Source: Acanthaster planci (taxonomy: Eukaryota). Taken from it: a stretch of 64,000 nt of DNA. Location of the stretch: NCBI RefSeq assembly GCF_001949145.1, contig NW_019091359.1, forward strand, positions 1,314,540-1,378,539, given 5' to 3'. The position numbers and the translations under genes were made by a program. The notes beneath the pieces are model-generated. The model had not been told where the DNA came from. It worked only from the letters and a program-made list of their open reading frames with translations, and searched no databases. Numbering within the stretch: position 1 is the first letter of the stretch; each line of letters starts with the position of its first letter. Below, one piece after another: positions 14,934 to 29,063 of this stretch.

Positions 14934-17419
14934 GGATGTAATAATAGAAAACACTAAATTACAATTTCCAAAGGATATTCCCTAAAAATGCCTACTGAAT
15001 AACTACGTATGAATCAATATTACAACAAAAATGATCATCAATTTATCAATGCCTTCAAAAACTACTGTTAAAAAAAGATGCCACTGACGCCCAGACAGCT
15101 GTGTACAAACAATGAAATTCCCTCTTTGCCCCCATATGCGTGCACAAGGCCACCGACAGCACCTGGCGGAAATGGGCGACAAAAGACAAAAAACACGTTT
15201 GGCACAAGTTGTAATTCTGACCTGAGAGGTTTAACAACTTGTTTCTAATGCTTGAATATTTAAATAACAATGGATTTTGGCAGGTCGCTTACTAACAGCT
15301 GATACTGGGCAGTATAACGTGCCTTAGGAATAAATCTTGAAAACAAATTATACTCCACAGATTCATTCAGAAAAGTACACATTTGAAGGATAAGGCAAGT
15401 ACTATATAAGCATTCTTTTCTATCTGAATATAAAATATATCCATTTGATTGATACTCTGTTTATATGCACATGTACGTGTATTACAGAGTTCAAATTTAT
15501 GCCGTGGCTTTAAAAATGGTCTTTTCAGCAAATCAAATTGGACTTGAACAACTCAAATAAACGTTCTTACAAATTACAGGCACATAAATTGTCAAATTCT
15601 TGAGGTGCCAAACAAGCTTACATCAATGACAAAAGACCATCTGCCACTGAACAAATACAGTTAAATGTACAATTTGTTTATTGTGAGCTTTCCATGTCCC
15701 AATCAATAAAATTCAGATTCAGGAGAACCATACAGTTAGGTTGCAGGCTATATCATCTGCAAAGGTCCACAAATTGCCCGCATGCAACCTATCACAATTT
15801 GCATGCCTGCAAATTCTCTGCTACTGAGACTGTTTGTGTTTGTGGACAGGAATGTTTGTCAGAGCATGAAGGACAGAAGCAACCAACAAGGCTGCCAGCT
15901 TGCATTTCTCAGGAATTTGGACAAAACTGAGCTCTATTTTGCACCTCAATGATCAGAATGGCAATGGGCTCCATGACTGTGTTAATGGATAATCATCTTG
16001 GGATAGAAATCTCTTCAACAAGCACTGGTTAACCCAGCAAAAAATTGAAAGAGGAAGAGAGAGATGAGGAAACAAGCTTTAATTTGATGTCTGTCTTTGA
16101 ATAAATGAGAGACTTGCATATTTCCTGATTAGTTGACTTGGGAGGATTTATCAGTGCTGTCTGTGGTTAGCAACCTGAGGCTAAAACTGGGTCAGCTCAA
16201 GAAATGATCTAGATCAACTACAAATAGGTAGAGATGGTGCTGTGAACTTTACTCATGGGAGCCAATAAAGGGCCTATGATGTAATGCTAGCAAGACCAGC
16301 CATCAACTATAAAAGGTGCATGTGCATCTTAGCATGAGAGGAAGACACAACAGACATTTGCTAGGCATAGGAAATATTTGCTCAGCTGGTTACTAGCCAA
16401 AACAGTGTGTCGTGAATACGAACTGTGACTGGGGAACAGCTAATATTTTGCTTACATGTAGCTTGTACACTGTACATGTATATATTTGCTGAGTGGTATT
16501 TACAGAAGTTGCATTGTCATACCCCTGTCTTGGGTACTGTCCGTTTATTGGCCCAGAACGATCACATGACAGGGCGATATATACATGTATTCCGCATATA
16601 TCACACTCACCGTGAGATATCTCAATTCTGCTGATAGAGCCTGCCCACACATGTGCGCGACACAGGAGAGCTTTGGGAAGTTCGAGAGCAAACATTTCCG
16701 TTCCATTGTTTATTAGTCAGTTTTGCGTGGTACCCATGATACGTTTTGTGCATAGGCTACCAGGGAATTTGATCAATGATAGCGCTCGTATGACAGACTT
16801 GTTCCCATGATGCGGGGATCACTAACCTCTCTGCATGTACTCACTGGTACCCGCAATAGTTTCACATTAAGGTTTACACAATTAAAGAAAGCGAGGGAAT
16901 GGTGCATTTGCAGATGATATCGTTTATGTCTGTTAGGTTAATTATACATGTACAGTTTGACAGTAGGCCTGTCGTCTTCTGAAATTCAGAGCTTGTTTCT
17001 TTGGATAAATTCCTCAAAACAGAGGTAGGACAACACCTCGGGCTTTGCTTCGGAGCGCACCACAGTGGTCAACATTTGTTAGTTGTTACCAATGATAGCA
17101 CAGTTACATGTACATGCATTCATCGCAGGTTGTACTGGTGGTCTTTTGGAGGCAACTACACTACACGGAGATCTTGTCACTGCGTCATATGAACACATCT
17201 CTCTTTCTGCACATAGCAAAAAGTACCTTTGAAGTGCCTCCTTTCTTAAAAAAACAATGGGCCTGGTTTCATTCAAACATGAAACAAAATCACTTGCATT
17301 ATTTTTCAATAAGTCTTTCAACATCAGATGTTTAGAAATTCTCGGTGGTTTTCATGTTGTAAAGAAAAAATTTAGTTTTAGTGTGTCAAATATAAGCTGA
17401 CAGACAATAATCAGATAAA

Positions 17420-17505
17420 TTTCCAACAATCACCAAGACTCTTTCCAACAATCACCCAGACTCTTTCCAACAATCACCCAGACTCTTTCCAACAACTTAG
17501 ACTCT
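17420..17505. repeat. Minisatellite, 22-bp unit TTTCCAACAATCACCCAGACTC x~3.8
   Basis: Near-identical tandem units read directly; no spacers, so not CRISPR. Confidence 0.9.
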
Positions 17506-19063
17506 TCTCTGAATGGTACTTGAACCTACATGTACATCAACATTTTACACTGACATTAAATTTTCCCCCGTTCTAAAACTGGGCAAAAAATGAGGAAAGC
17601 ACTCACTACAATGCTCAAATGCCCCCCTCCCCAAGGCAACAATGATAGTATCAACCCACAAAGCAGGATAAAATGGTTTTTGGATGCACACACACACACA
17701 CACAAATTAATAACAACATCATGGAAGACTTCGGATTCAACGAGCAGCCGGTCCCCGATGGCCCAATTATCTATGACAGTCAGCTCCCCTGCATGTACAT
17801 GCATGGGTGTCCCATAGTTCTTAATTCTTTCATTGGCCACCTCAGGCCAAAAACAAAATTTTCCTCCTCTCTCTTGCCACGATGGAGGTCCTACTCTCTT
17901 TGGATATATTGATATTCCCACTTCACGGGACAAGTTTAAACATTTCTTTTGATGCGAGCCAACCCTACTGGGTTACCCCCGATTGCTGAGCGTCATCATT
18001 TCCTGCCACTGTATCTCCAGCTTAGTTTTTTTTTTCCCCTCTCTCGTCTTTTTTGTGAATTGTGCATCCTCCTTCTCCTCCGTCGTCTTTTACCTCCTCG
18101 GGCAGCTTCTTCTCATCACTGGATGCCAAGATGTGCCCGGCGGCTTGGTGGATCAACCAAATTAAATGACATCCTCGTAACAGCTTGGCTCTTTGAGTGT
18201 GCAAGCAGGCCGGGCTTTTGATGAAAAAAAAAACCCTCCTCTCTCCTGAATTAAGATACACACTTGACTTATTTTAATTACACATTCCACCCTGAAAATG
18301 TCAGGTGATAGTGTAATACCCCCCTTCTCCCAAAAAGGAAAAGAAAGAAAAGGAAAGGAAAAGATAAAGGAAAAGAAAAAAAATCACAAATGCACAGAAG
18401 CCAACTTGTGTTGTTTTCTTTTGGCTCAAGATGAATCTCAAATCTCCTTTTTCATTCCTGAAGGTTATCTTGCACTGGGACTGGATTCATCCAGTCTCCA
18501 ACTGCCACAGAGTACATATATCAACTGACATGCCATGGAACAAGCAGAAAGCATGCAAGATTGACACACGAGGTCCCACAAGTAAAAAAAATTGAAGTTC
18601 ATGTTAAAAGGAAAGTGACTGGTGTACGCTTTCGACATGTGAACTACCTCCAAGATTTGCTTTGATCATACTTGAGCTACTACAAGAAGAAGGCATTAAA
18701 CTTTACAAATTATATTCATTTTAATTTCCTCTGCCTACAGTAAGAAAAAGTACTGCAAATTCAAAAAATATGCGTAGCCTGCCACAAAACCTTATGAATT
18801 AGTCAATTTAAAATCTGCAATATTGTGGTCCCGGTGAACATACTGGAGCTTTGATTAAGTCCCACAGTGCAATCCTTTCAGAAGAATCTTAAACCAAATT
18901 TTTTAAGAAGTATTTTGTTTAGGTGGTGGTCTTTAATGTGAATTTATGTAATGCCACATTCAATGTGAGTGCTTTTTGGATTGTGTCTGTGTACAACTTA
19001 TTGCTTTTAACACACTGTCTTTAATAATTATATGTATATTGAAATATTTATCGTTTTAACTGA

Positions 19064-19133
19064 TTGTAAAGCACCTTAGAGCTTCAGGGAATAACAGGCT
19101 TTGTAAGTGTGAGTAATATTAATAATAATCAAT
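19064..19133 (+). mobile_element. 3' tail remnant of an L2-like LINE or L2-dependent SINE
   Basis: TTGTAAAGCACCTTAGAGC...GGCTTTGTAA followed by a (TAA)n-like tail; resembles the L2 3'-end pattern and the tail of the SINE at 14565. Confidence 0.4.
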
Positions 19134-21496
19134 AACATACATGTACAGTTGAGATAAAGTGCCCACAAACAACTTACTGAAAGTCAAGCAGAGCAGCCTT
19201 TAACATTTTGAAGTATGAAATAAAAGTATAACTTTGAGATACAAGGGAACAGTCTCTGCTTGTCTGTTCCTGTAACGGAAGTGATACTGGTTCACTCCTG
19301 TGTACCAGTAAATTCAGTCACTGTGCAAACTTGCATGATAAATCCAACAATATTGTTATCTTTGAACAACCTTGTATCAGGTCTAGCCTGATACACCCTA
19401 TCAGACATTGATCTTTTAATGCATGCTGGGCCTAAGGTACATGAACAGTTACATCGAACCACTCAAAAAGGTCGTTGATCAAGTGTGGGCAAGTATTTAT
19501 GGGGCACATAAAGAGGCACAGGGGAAACCATTTGCATTTAACTGTTCAGGGAGCTTCCAGGGCAGAGAAAGATTAGGGGCTTTTATTTTCAGAGGCCTGC
19601 AAAGGCTATAAAGGCTGTTCCATCGGTGCACTCGCCTATTGGGCCGGCTGGTTCACACCAGATTATGTGCAGGTATTATAGCGATGCAGCTGGTGTCCTG
19701 TCCTTGGATGCTGTTTCCTATGCGTGATGCATCTGGGACCATCTGTGCTGGTTCCCAGGGCATCCAATGATTTTTGTATTGATGGGGCAGCACCTCTACC
19801 ACACACCGGCAACAGTGGCCAGTCCACAATTTACTTACTGCTGGAAATAAACACCCAAAAAACATGATCGGTTTCAGACTTACCGTTTTTCTGGCCACCA
19901 CAGTACGCAATTTCTAAGATGTACAGTATCAGCAGATGAGAACTTTCAACATCATTTTTTCCCTTGTGGTAAATTTGTTAGGCCAAGATTGCAATTTGTG
20001 GCCAGATTACCATCCACTAACCACATGTACAGTAGTTACTAACACCGTGAAGCAACGTATGCTTCTTTTGTTCTGTTGGAGCCTAACAATAGATCTATAA
20101 GGGCTGAAGTAATCCTGCTTTTCAAGGCCTCCTGCCCCCCCCCGCCAGATTAAACCGAAGGGGACAAAACATAAAGCTCATGTGAACCACTACACCTTTT
20201 TTTCCCCCCAGAGAGTACTGGCTGACGTCAGGATCGATTTGCCGCATTCCCAAGCTTTTGTTCTTGCCTGTGGACACGCGGAGGGCAAAATAATGATTAA
20301 ATAAAAAAAATGCCATTGATTCTGACACCACTTAGAGCCTGCTTCATTCCATGTCTTGTGACGTCCACAGGCATGCTAGAATTTACACATGCTTACCAGC
20401 AGAAAGAGAGAGAGAGAAAACTCCCTCCCCCCCAATAAACATGATTCCTTCCTTCCTCAATTTTATGCTTGGAGAAACTTACAAAGATATGCCTAGTTGT
20501 TCTACTTCAGTGACAGATCTAGTGGTCCAGTTACATGCGCACCACACAACCAATCACTTGATCAGGTAATCGGAGGAGGAGTACCCTTTTAGAGGCAAAA
20601 AGGAATTGTAAAATTGCCCAACTCACAGATGAAGAGTCAGACATCACTTATGACAATGACCGACTTGGAAGCTCTCAATTTGTAAAAACAAATTACAATA
20701 ATGGACAATAGATGGATGTCAGGCATTCATGAGGCTACTCAATCCATACAACAGCAGAGAATTGAGAGGGCACAGCTCTGCACTAGAAGATGTCATCGAG
20801 TCACACACTACACCATTCAAAACTCAGTCAAGGTTTTGTGGCCTTTTGTGGTGGGTTTGCATCATCACACACATCGTTTGAGCATGAAGGTATCAATAAC
20901 ACAATGAAGCACCGGCTACAGCACAAGTACCAGTACACTGCCTCACTGATGGTCGAGTACAAAACTGTACTAGGGTTGTCCACTGGCCAAAACTGACAGA
21001 TTGCGATGACACTCTTCCTACATGTAATCTGTGCTCCACGTTGGACCACAGCAATAGAGAAAGATCCTTCTACATGTATTTTGTTCAGCGTTTGTATGAA
21101 TCAAGCTATGTCTGCAACTTTCGCAACTGCAGATCACAAAAATTGATTACCGTGCTAACAATCTTTGGTTTTGGGCTCAGCTTTTGTAAATAACAGTACA
21201 ACAACAAGTAAAAAGGTGAGCAATTTCAAAAATGATACCAGTATAGCAATTTATTGCCAAAAAGGGGTTTTCAAATCTAAAATGTTGACATTGCCAGAAA
21301 TATAGATATATTCATTATATTTTGAGAATCAACCCTTGTGCAGGAAAGTCTTTGACGAATGATATAGCTTCCAGGGATTATTGTCTGTAGGGAGCCAGAT
21401 ATACTCAAAATAAATGAGTTGCTCTTGTCTGCAGAACATCGTGTCAAGGCATCATGCATATTTGATGGCAACTAATCAGAAGCGTCACATGCTCAC

Positions 21497-21656
21497 CTGG
21501 CGTTCGCTTCTCTCCTCATCACGACTGTACGACTGCCGTGATCGGCTGCGTCTCAGCGAGGTCTTTGCCGACACCTCCGCCTGACCCCCGATGGAGGGAC
21601 CATCTCCCTTCTGACTGATGGAAGTGGTGACATTTTGACGCGCTTCTTGCGATATC
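21497..21656 (-). CDS. Internal 160-nt exon of the unidentified large minus-strand gene: (W)ISQEARQNVTTSISQKGDGPSIGGQAEVSAKTSLRRSRSRQSYSRDEERSERQ
   Basis: Acceptor TTCTTTGTATCGCCACTTGACAG|G and donor CAG|GTGAGC. GC- and CpG-rich relative to flanks. Only one frame (phase 2 in, phase 0 out) is open, and it joins in frame with the exon at 56209 (TG|G = Trp). Product not recognised. Confidence 0.6.
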
Positions 21657-24600
21657 CTGTCAAGTGGCGATACAAAGAATGGCTTGATTATAATTTTCAT
21701 CAAAATATGTACTAGTACATGTAGTTCTGCATCCATGTACCTCTTAAATCCTCTTACAATAACCAAGTATAACATTTACCTTTACAAAACCAAAGGTGTA
21801 CTATGTACATTTCAGTTGGAGATGCGGTGGTAACAGCCAGTTATTTATTTTTGCAGAGGGGTTGAATTGCAGGACAGGCAAAAAGTGACTTTGTAAACGA
21901 CGAGGCGACGAGGGTGCAACATCATAATTACATGTACATGTACCCCCGCCAATCACATTTTAAAAATTCCTAAAAAACATCTTGCCTTCCTCAGGAGAAT
22001 GAAGCTTCTCACAAGAAAAGTGAAACAGCCCAAAAATTAATGAAAGCTGCATACATGTGTTCAAAACTTTCCTATCACTGGCGCTGAAAACAACCAAGGT
22101 GCAACTGTTTTGTGGGGTTTCCAGGAATCACAACAATTGCCAGCCACCAATTAGTGACACATGGGAAATCGTAATTGAGGACTCCTGGTGAACAGACTTG
22201 TCAGAGTTCATGAGGGCAGGTGCTGCAAATGATTCATCACACCTGGTACTTAGCTAGCACAATAGCAGAGATGTTACCAGCTTTAATTGACTTTCATTGG
22301 ATGTGGCAAGCAAAGTGGATAAGGTACTTCCTTAATCCAGTGGCTGGTCTTTATTGTCAGTCATTAAAACAAGCACCATGTGCAAATTTCCAGCATGTTG
22401 ACTGCCTTCATGTGAATGCCAGGGTGAAAGCTGCTTTACACCATGTCACTTTCAGGATTTTCACACACAAGGCTTTTTTATTTTTTTTTTCAAATCATGC
22501 CTTTGTCTCCATTACTGGCTCTGCCTGATTTTCGCCCTTTCAACTATGGAGATTTTTAAACTCAACCAAAAGTCATGCTTTGTTGATGAGCATTGAACTG
22601 GGTGATGCCAATTAACACGAAGACCTCAGTATTTTTACTTCATTTGAACACTAGGCCTTCAAGTGGTTGGAAGTTGTTGGAGGTGAAGCAAGAGATAGAT
22701 GTGAGGTGTCAAGTTTTTGAAAACCTCTTGTCGCCTAAGCCTGCTCTACTATCTGAAGCAACAGTGATTCAATTTATGGAAACTGCCTAGCGTCGTAGAG
22801 CATGCAAATAACTTCTTTTACAGGTTGATGCACACACTCACGTCTTGGTACCTTGTATCCATGAACTTGCTCAGAAGAATTCTGCCTAGCCAAGACAGGG
22901 TACCACCAATGTGTAATGTTTATGACTGGTTTCTGGCTGATATGTTGCTCAATGACAAATTCTACTTCAATATTTTTTTTTTTCAAGTACTAGTACCAGG
23001 AGACAGATTGACGAAAATGAGTCAACAAATTACATCCATGGAACAAATCAAGTGTCCATACAGTCAGGTTTAACCAAGCAACAAAATTCAATACTGCCAC
23101 ACACACTGGTTCCCTATCCCACACAAGTGTTGATAAGCAACCCAAGGGATATATGTATGTGCATGGGTACCAAGCACAAAAGCACGAATGGCATTCCAGT
23201 ACTTCTGCTCAGAACCCCCAAACACCAAACCTCTATATTGATTTTTTCTGTTTCCTCCTGCTTGTTAAGAAAAAAAAAGCAACTCAGTAGTAACCTTCAC
23301 CCGGATAATAGCTGTCATGCATCACTAGCTGAGCAGCCAATGCAAACGTACCGGTAACACCCCACACCCCGAGGTACACATATCCTAACCTTGAGGGAAT
23401 CCCAACAATCAACCCCAGCAACAACCCTCCCCAAATTAATTTCATCCGTAACGACGAGGGACAGTTTCCTCGGCCAAACGGAAGCGAATCACATCCAGGC
23501 ACTAAACCCAGCAGAAACCAAACAGCTTCCCTTCCCTCAATCTCATTTCTCGTACTGGTCTAATTTGGTAAACAGGACCCCAAGCTCGTACTGTTGTTGC
23601 ACGATCTTCCGTGACCATGTAGCCATTCCATCGGAAAATGGGGAAGGGACAGAAGGCAACTTTTTGGGTCAAGTGTATTATTGACTTATAGTCTAGTGCC
23701 TAGCCTCGCTAGATATTAAGTCTTACTTTAATTGACACTGCTCAGGGGACCTCTGTCTGGAATTCACAGCTCAGCAACCAATCAACAGACGGCACTGGTG
23801 TTGTAAAAACACAGCGGAGGTTGTCCTTAAATGACAAAGGTCATTCCAATCCTTTTTTTTGTACTCGACCTAGCCTTGAATGTTTGACGCATGAGGACTA
23901 GACTGCATGTTGTAAGCAGGGGATTCGTTAGGAATCCTCTGAACCTTGCATTATGCAAAAATAAATGCGCATTTACATAGGCCTACACCACTGCCAGCAA
24001 ATCTCACCAGGCAGGCCTGCTATATTTTACAACCCTAATAAAGTTCTACCATCACCGATGTCATGTAACTGTTTCAATACTTACGAAATGGAACATTTAA
24101 GCAACAGGGAAAAATATCGCTCCCACAGACATGTACCGGTATGCCAATAGAACTGTGTCTCATTTGAGTTGTTAGAAAATATCACACTTTGGTTGGCAAC
24201 ATGACTGTATGCTTCATGCTTTTTTATATTCATGAGCAAGATATTGAGAGTTTAATTTACTAACCACCTGTGCAATCATGTGTATATTTATGATCAGGTA
24301 CAAATAAAAATACATATATAAATGAAGTAGCAGTTGTACTGGTACATGTACATGCATATTCATGTGCTTGCCTTGAAGTATAATTTCTCCTCTGTTTTTC
24401 CTCTTCCAATCTTATCTTTCTCTGACCTCCTTCTTCTGCACACGTGTACATGTACGCACAGGTAAACCCCTTTTTATATTAAAAACCTTAATTTGTTCAC
24501 ATCAACTGTCATTTGTTCTGAGTGTTGCATGCTGGCACTGGGAACATTTACATGTATACTTTTTGGGAATAATGAAATTGATGCAAGAGGAGGCAAAAAC

Positions 24601-25962
24601 AAAAAGCAGAGAGTGTGACAAATATATAACAAAAAAAGACGAGAACTTATTCAAATGTTGATTTTAATCAGGATTTCTTATTCATTGAAACATTTGTTGT
24701 TGTTTTTTTTGTTAAACCGCTTTGGCTGACAACAAACAAGCATTGACAATGAACCAATTTATCATGATGCCCCCACAAATGAATACACTGTTTACTCAAA
24801 AATGTACACGTACACATGTAAGCCATCTTCTTTCACTGACTTCAAAAAGTGTGCCAATTACTTCAATTCACTTGGCCCAACATCCATGTTGCAAACGCTG
24901 CCAAGTATACTGTCTTTCAGCAGATGCTCCACAGAATTAATGCTTCTGTCCAGGTTTTTGCCACCATGGAGAAGCTACATGTAGATTTGGATGGCAATCA
25001 CGTTTACAACCAATCTGTGGTTAAGATCTTGGAGCCGTCCCACAAGACCACCTCGCACAGCACTTCTGTATACATGTACTTCGTCTCCCTTGGTGCACTG
25101 TATGCTGAGGCCATCTCGGAGCTTCCAGACCAAAACAGTCCGTTCTTTTGGTTCCCCTTGGGGCAGTGTACATGGACGTGCATGTAATTCACTGACCAAA
25201 ACCAAAGCGGCGGTATTACTTTTGATACATTACCACAAATCGACCCTCAGTTCTTTCTTTTCCTTTTTTTCCCCCCCATCCTCTTTCTCTTTGGATTGCA
25301 TCAATTTACATGTGCCGCGGCCGAGGAATACTGTAGGAACGGAGAAAATTCTTCAGGCGATTCCAAAAAAAAGTAATGGGAAATACTTAAAGGAGGCAAA
25401 GGAGAAAGAAGGTTTTTGGTGCTGGGGAAAACAGCCAGAGAAAAAAAGTTAAAGAGTCTGCCTGGAGATGCTGTAATCATTTTAAATCATTTGTCTTTGC
25501 CGTGTATTTTATAGGCTTAAATGGTGCCTGTCTGTTGGTGGGTTTTTTTTTTCAGTTGGGGGTGTTGGATACAGGAAATTGAGGGAAAGCCCCTTTCTCT
25601 CTGCCTTAAGATATATTTTCTCTTGACAACAATGGAGTTTTGTAACAGAGAATGCTGAAAGTCATCCCTGACTAGCTCATTTCTAAATGTCTACAGCTGC
25701 TATACAGAGTGCACAGCGTACTTATATGTAGATACATGTACATGTATATATATCTGGTGGTCAGTGGGCACATACACGTATGTATACATACCCAGTACCA
25801 CTAGAATATTTATTTGGTTGCTTTCACAAAATAGTGAAAAAAAAATCTCTATTAGGCGCTACATGCAGAGCTGGAACATGCAATTTATGCCTTCAGAAAG
25901 ATGCGCTGACAACATTCAAGTACACCTCTGCATATACATGTACCTCTTGTACGGTGTACATG

Positions 25963-26002
25963 AACACAGACAGGCACACAGACAGGTACACAGACAGGTA
26001 CA
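25963..26002. repeat. Tandem repeat, 12-bp unit ACACAGACAGG(C/T) x3
   Basis: Read directly. Confidence 0.8.
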
Positions 26003-28282
26003 TTTCATCTCTCATCAGAGTGACAATTTGAAGAGGCAGCCAGCTACATGTACTAGTAGGTGAATAAGGAAAGATCTTCCTGTGACAATAAATACTGTAA
26101 AGGCCACAATGTGAATGTCACACTTCCACAGAATGTTGAGATTTTGAGATTTGCTCTGCAAACTGTGCTATAATGACTGTAACATATCCTTTTTATAAAG
26201 AGAGAATGCTGTGTACATGTATTCTACGCATCCAACATCAAATCTAATCTGAATCTATTTTAAGCGTCATCAGGCAAAAATTGGAAATGTAATAAACCTG
26301 AGTGAGCCGATTTTTACCCGTTACCGATGCCAACAAACCCCAAATTAATTTTCCACTTCATTTTTTTGAAGCACCATGCCATTAATGCCCGCAGGCCTGC
26401 GTTATCTATCGCAAACATCAAATCCGGTCCCGATGCACAAGGAAAATGGTGGGGGGGTGCAAATGAAAGAAAAACCTCAAAGAAATGTTTGGCTTGCATT
26501 GCCTGTTAAAGCAATGATACAGGCCCGGAGCAAGAAGTTAGCGTCTCTTTGGAATCTTATTATATGACGGCCACGTCAAGCGCAACGTCAGTGAACCGAA
26601 CATTGGGCAGGGCAGCTATTATAGTCATGGAAGCAGCAGAGTGCAGCAGCCCTCAGAGAGAGGGCAATTTATACAGACTTGCCAATGACTGCAAGATGGA
26701 CCGTGCACCAAACACACTGACAGAGTCACGACAGTATTTATATCAGGCACCTGCAATTAAAGACACGTTCTCCTTCTTGTGCGCTATAAAGTCTGCGGAA
26801 TACGGGACACACTGCAGACCTTGCCAACTCACTTTACGGCAACATGTACATGTACCTTGACTTTCATTTCTAGTCCCGCTGACTTTATAAGAATGGAAAG
26901 TAGATTTATGAAATCCTACCTGATCTGAACACAAAAAATATTAAACATCGAAAGACACCTCCTCTGAACAAACAAACAAACATACCTTCTCCTCTTTTCT
27001 TCCAATTGTTCCTTCTCCTCTAAACTCTCTACTAGTTGTCTAACTACACTAAGGTGTGTGCATGTATGTCTGCCTGTATGGCTGGGTATGGGTACCTTTC
27101 GATGAGCTCAATCACCACTAAGTGGGCAATCAGTTGCTCAGCCCCTTCAACGTGAAAATGTGCACAACATCTGTGCACTCAGCCGTATACGGGGACACAT
27201 GTGAATTTGCCTTAAGAGGGCACATACAGACTTAGTTTTATGACTGTCACTGCCCAGCCAAATTCATACTGGTACTTATCGTACATGTGTTTTATAAGGT
27301 ACTGGTGCAAAGGTGTATTTTCTATACATGTACCAGGTTAATCAGGTTTACGACAAAAATTACATGTAGATGCCATTACTACAGTGATAACCCACTTTTA
27401 ATTGCGTGCAGCATGTACGTACAGTACATGTATGGGTACCTGTGTGTTAAATAATACCTCTTCAATCACATCAGACTGAGGTTCCGGAATAAGCCATTTG
27501 TGAGATAAATTTCAATAACTCTGGTACACTGAGTTATCTTATTGCACATAAACATAACAATTTGAATTCCACAGACTAAAGATACTGTTGTTATACCTCG
27601 TGATTCAGGGCAAGCTTTTGCATAGCAACCACCATCTCTGGAATGGACTGATTCCTTTGTGCCCTTCTTATCCATTGAGAACAGTGTATTGTTGCAAGGT
27701 GTCTCTTATGTAACTAAGGAAAAGCTTGCCCCGAATCACGAGGTATAGCAACTGTGGCTTTAGTATGGAGAATTCCAATTGTTATGTTCACGTGAATTTA
27801 AAGAAGTCAGTGTACCAGATTTTATTCAAATTTAACTCGCAAAAGGCTTATAGATGCGGCGACACAGCTTTTTTTTCCTCTAGGGTTGGATTGTACAGAC
27901 AATTGCAGACACACATTGTCCAGTCAAGGAACTAGACCAGCTTTATTATGATTATACATGTACATGTAAGCTGACAACAACTTCATATCCATAGTCTGCT
28001 ATCCACTTGTTCAATATTACTCTCGTCGGGATCTATCACCCTTCAGGAGTAAAAGATCGAACTGCCCACAAAATATTGAGGCAGTGCGGCAATAGGGGGC
28101 ACTGTTGCAGCTCTTGCAGAGAAAAAAAAGATTCACTTGCATGGTTGAAATCGATGCATGCACTGACCAGAGACGAAAGATTTTTTTTTTGGCCTTAAGA
28201 ATGCTGTTACTTGCCAAACGACACAAGTCAAATGCAAGAAATAAATTTATGGGAATACATGTAATATTTTTGCTGGTGAATG

Positions 28283-28440
28283 AGTGACTCGTATAAGTCA
28301 CAAGTCATCAGTGTTAAGTCCTCACAGTTGACTCTGAGTCCTTTGCCAATGTGACTCAAGTCAAGTAAATGATGCCATGCAAAAATGCGACTTGAGAAGG
28401 ACTTAATTGAGTCTGAGTCTTGGACTCCAGTCCTACTACA
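28283..28440. mobile_element. Degenerate non-autonomous DNA-transposon remnant rich in GACTC/GAGTC subterminal motifs
   Basis: Many GACT(C/T)/AGTC motifs in both orientations; ends not defined. Confidence 0.35.
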
Positions 28441-28540
28441 TGTACAATCTTTCATAATGAAGAAAGTGGTACAGGTGTGGTGATGAGTATTAAAGTACAC
28501 ATTCCATTCAAAATACTGAGAGAAAAATCGAAAGACTTAC

Positions 28541-28730
28541 CAGTCCCCTGAAATTCTGAAGGTTCTCCTCTACAATGATCCAAAAGACACGAGGTCTGGT
28601 TATAAATACATTTATTTCAGGCAAAAGAGGGGAAAAAAAGAGGAAATAACAAGTTTTCCACGTGTAGTGTCCGATGGATACGGCTTTCACTTTGACAAAA
28701 TGCTGACTGCACGTGTGCCACAGGACTGCC
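28541..28730 (-). other. Candidate non-coding alternative first exon of the large minus-strand gene (5' boundary approximate)
   Basis: Consensus donor CTG|GTAAGT (plus 28535-28540 ACTTAC), next to a CACGTG cluster. No ATG in frame with the 21656 exon. Confidence 0.35.
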
Positions 28731-29063
28731 GGTCTTGTCACGTGTTCCCTGTCTATGCATGTACATGTACACTGTACTGTACATGTGTACATGTACATGC
28801 ATGCTTGAATGCCTGAACAATACTTCAGCGAGCACGTGCTAAGTGTCCCAAAGCCCCATTGAAACAGAAAGTGAAAGACATGTGAGGATATTTGTCCCAC
28901 CAAGCCATGGATAGCAGTACAGCAGTAAAAAAAAAAACAATTCCACGCTAAGATCTAGTCCTTCAGATGGGTGATTTGGAAAAGTAAATGGGAGGGGGGG
29001 GCAAGGGATGGGCTCTTTCATTTTGGAAGAGGGATACTGCATTCCCCAACCATGTGTCACGTG
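28659..29063. promoter_or_regulatory. Cluster of five canonical E-boxes (CACGTG)
   Basis: CACGTG at 28659, 28710, 28739, 28833 and 29058. The motifs are seen directly; function is inferred. Confidence 0.45.

Noticed and set aside
17420..17505. CRISPR-like repeat array
   Set aside because: Head-to-tail units with no spacers, no cas genes, eukaryotic context.
24849..25452. Overlapping 112-153 aa ORFs in a GC-richer patch
   Set aside because: No recognisable domain, no convincing splice-site pair, and interrupted by TACATGTA words typical of non-coding DNA.
28872..28893. miR-71-like TGAAAGACATG
   Set aside because: The match stops after 11 nt and no precursor hairpin is evident.
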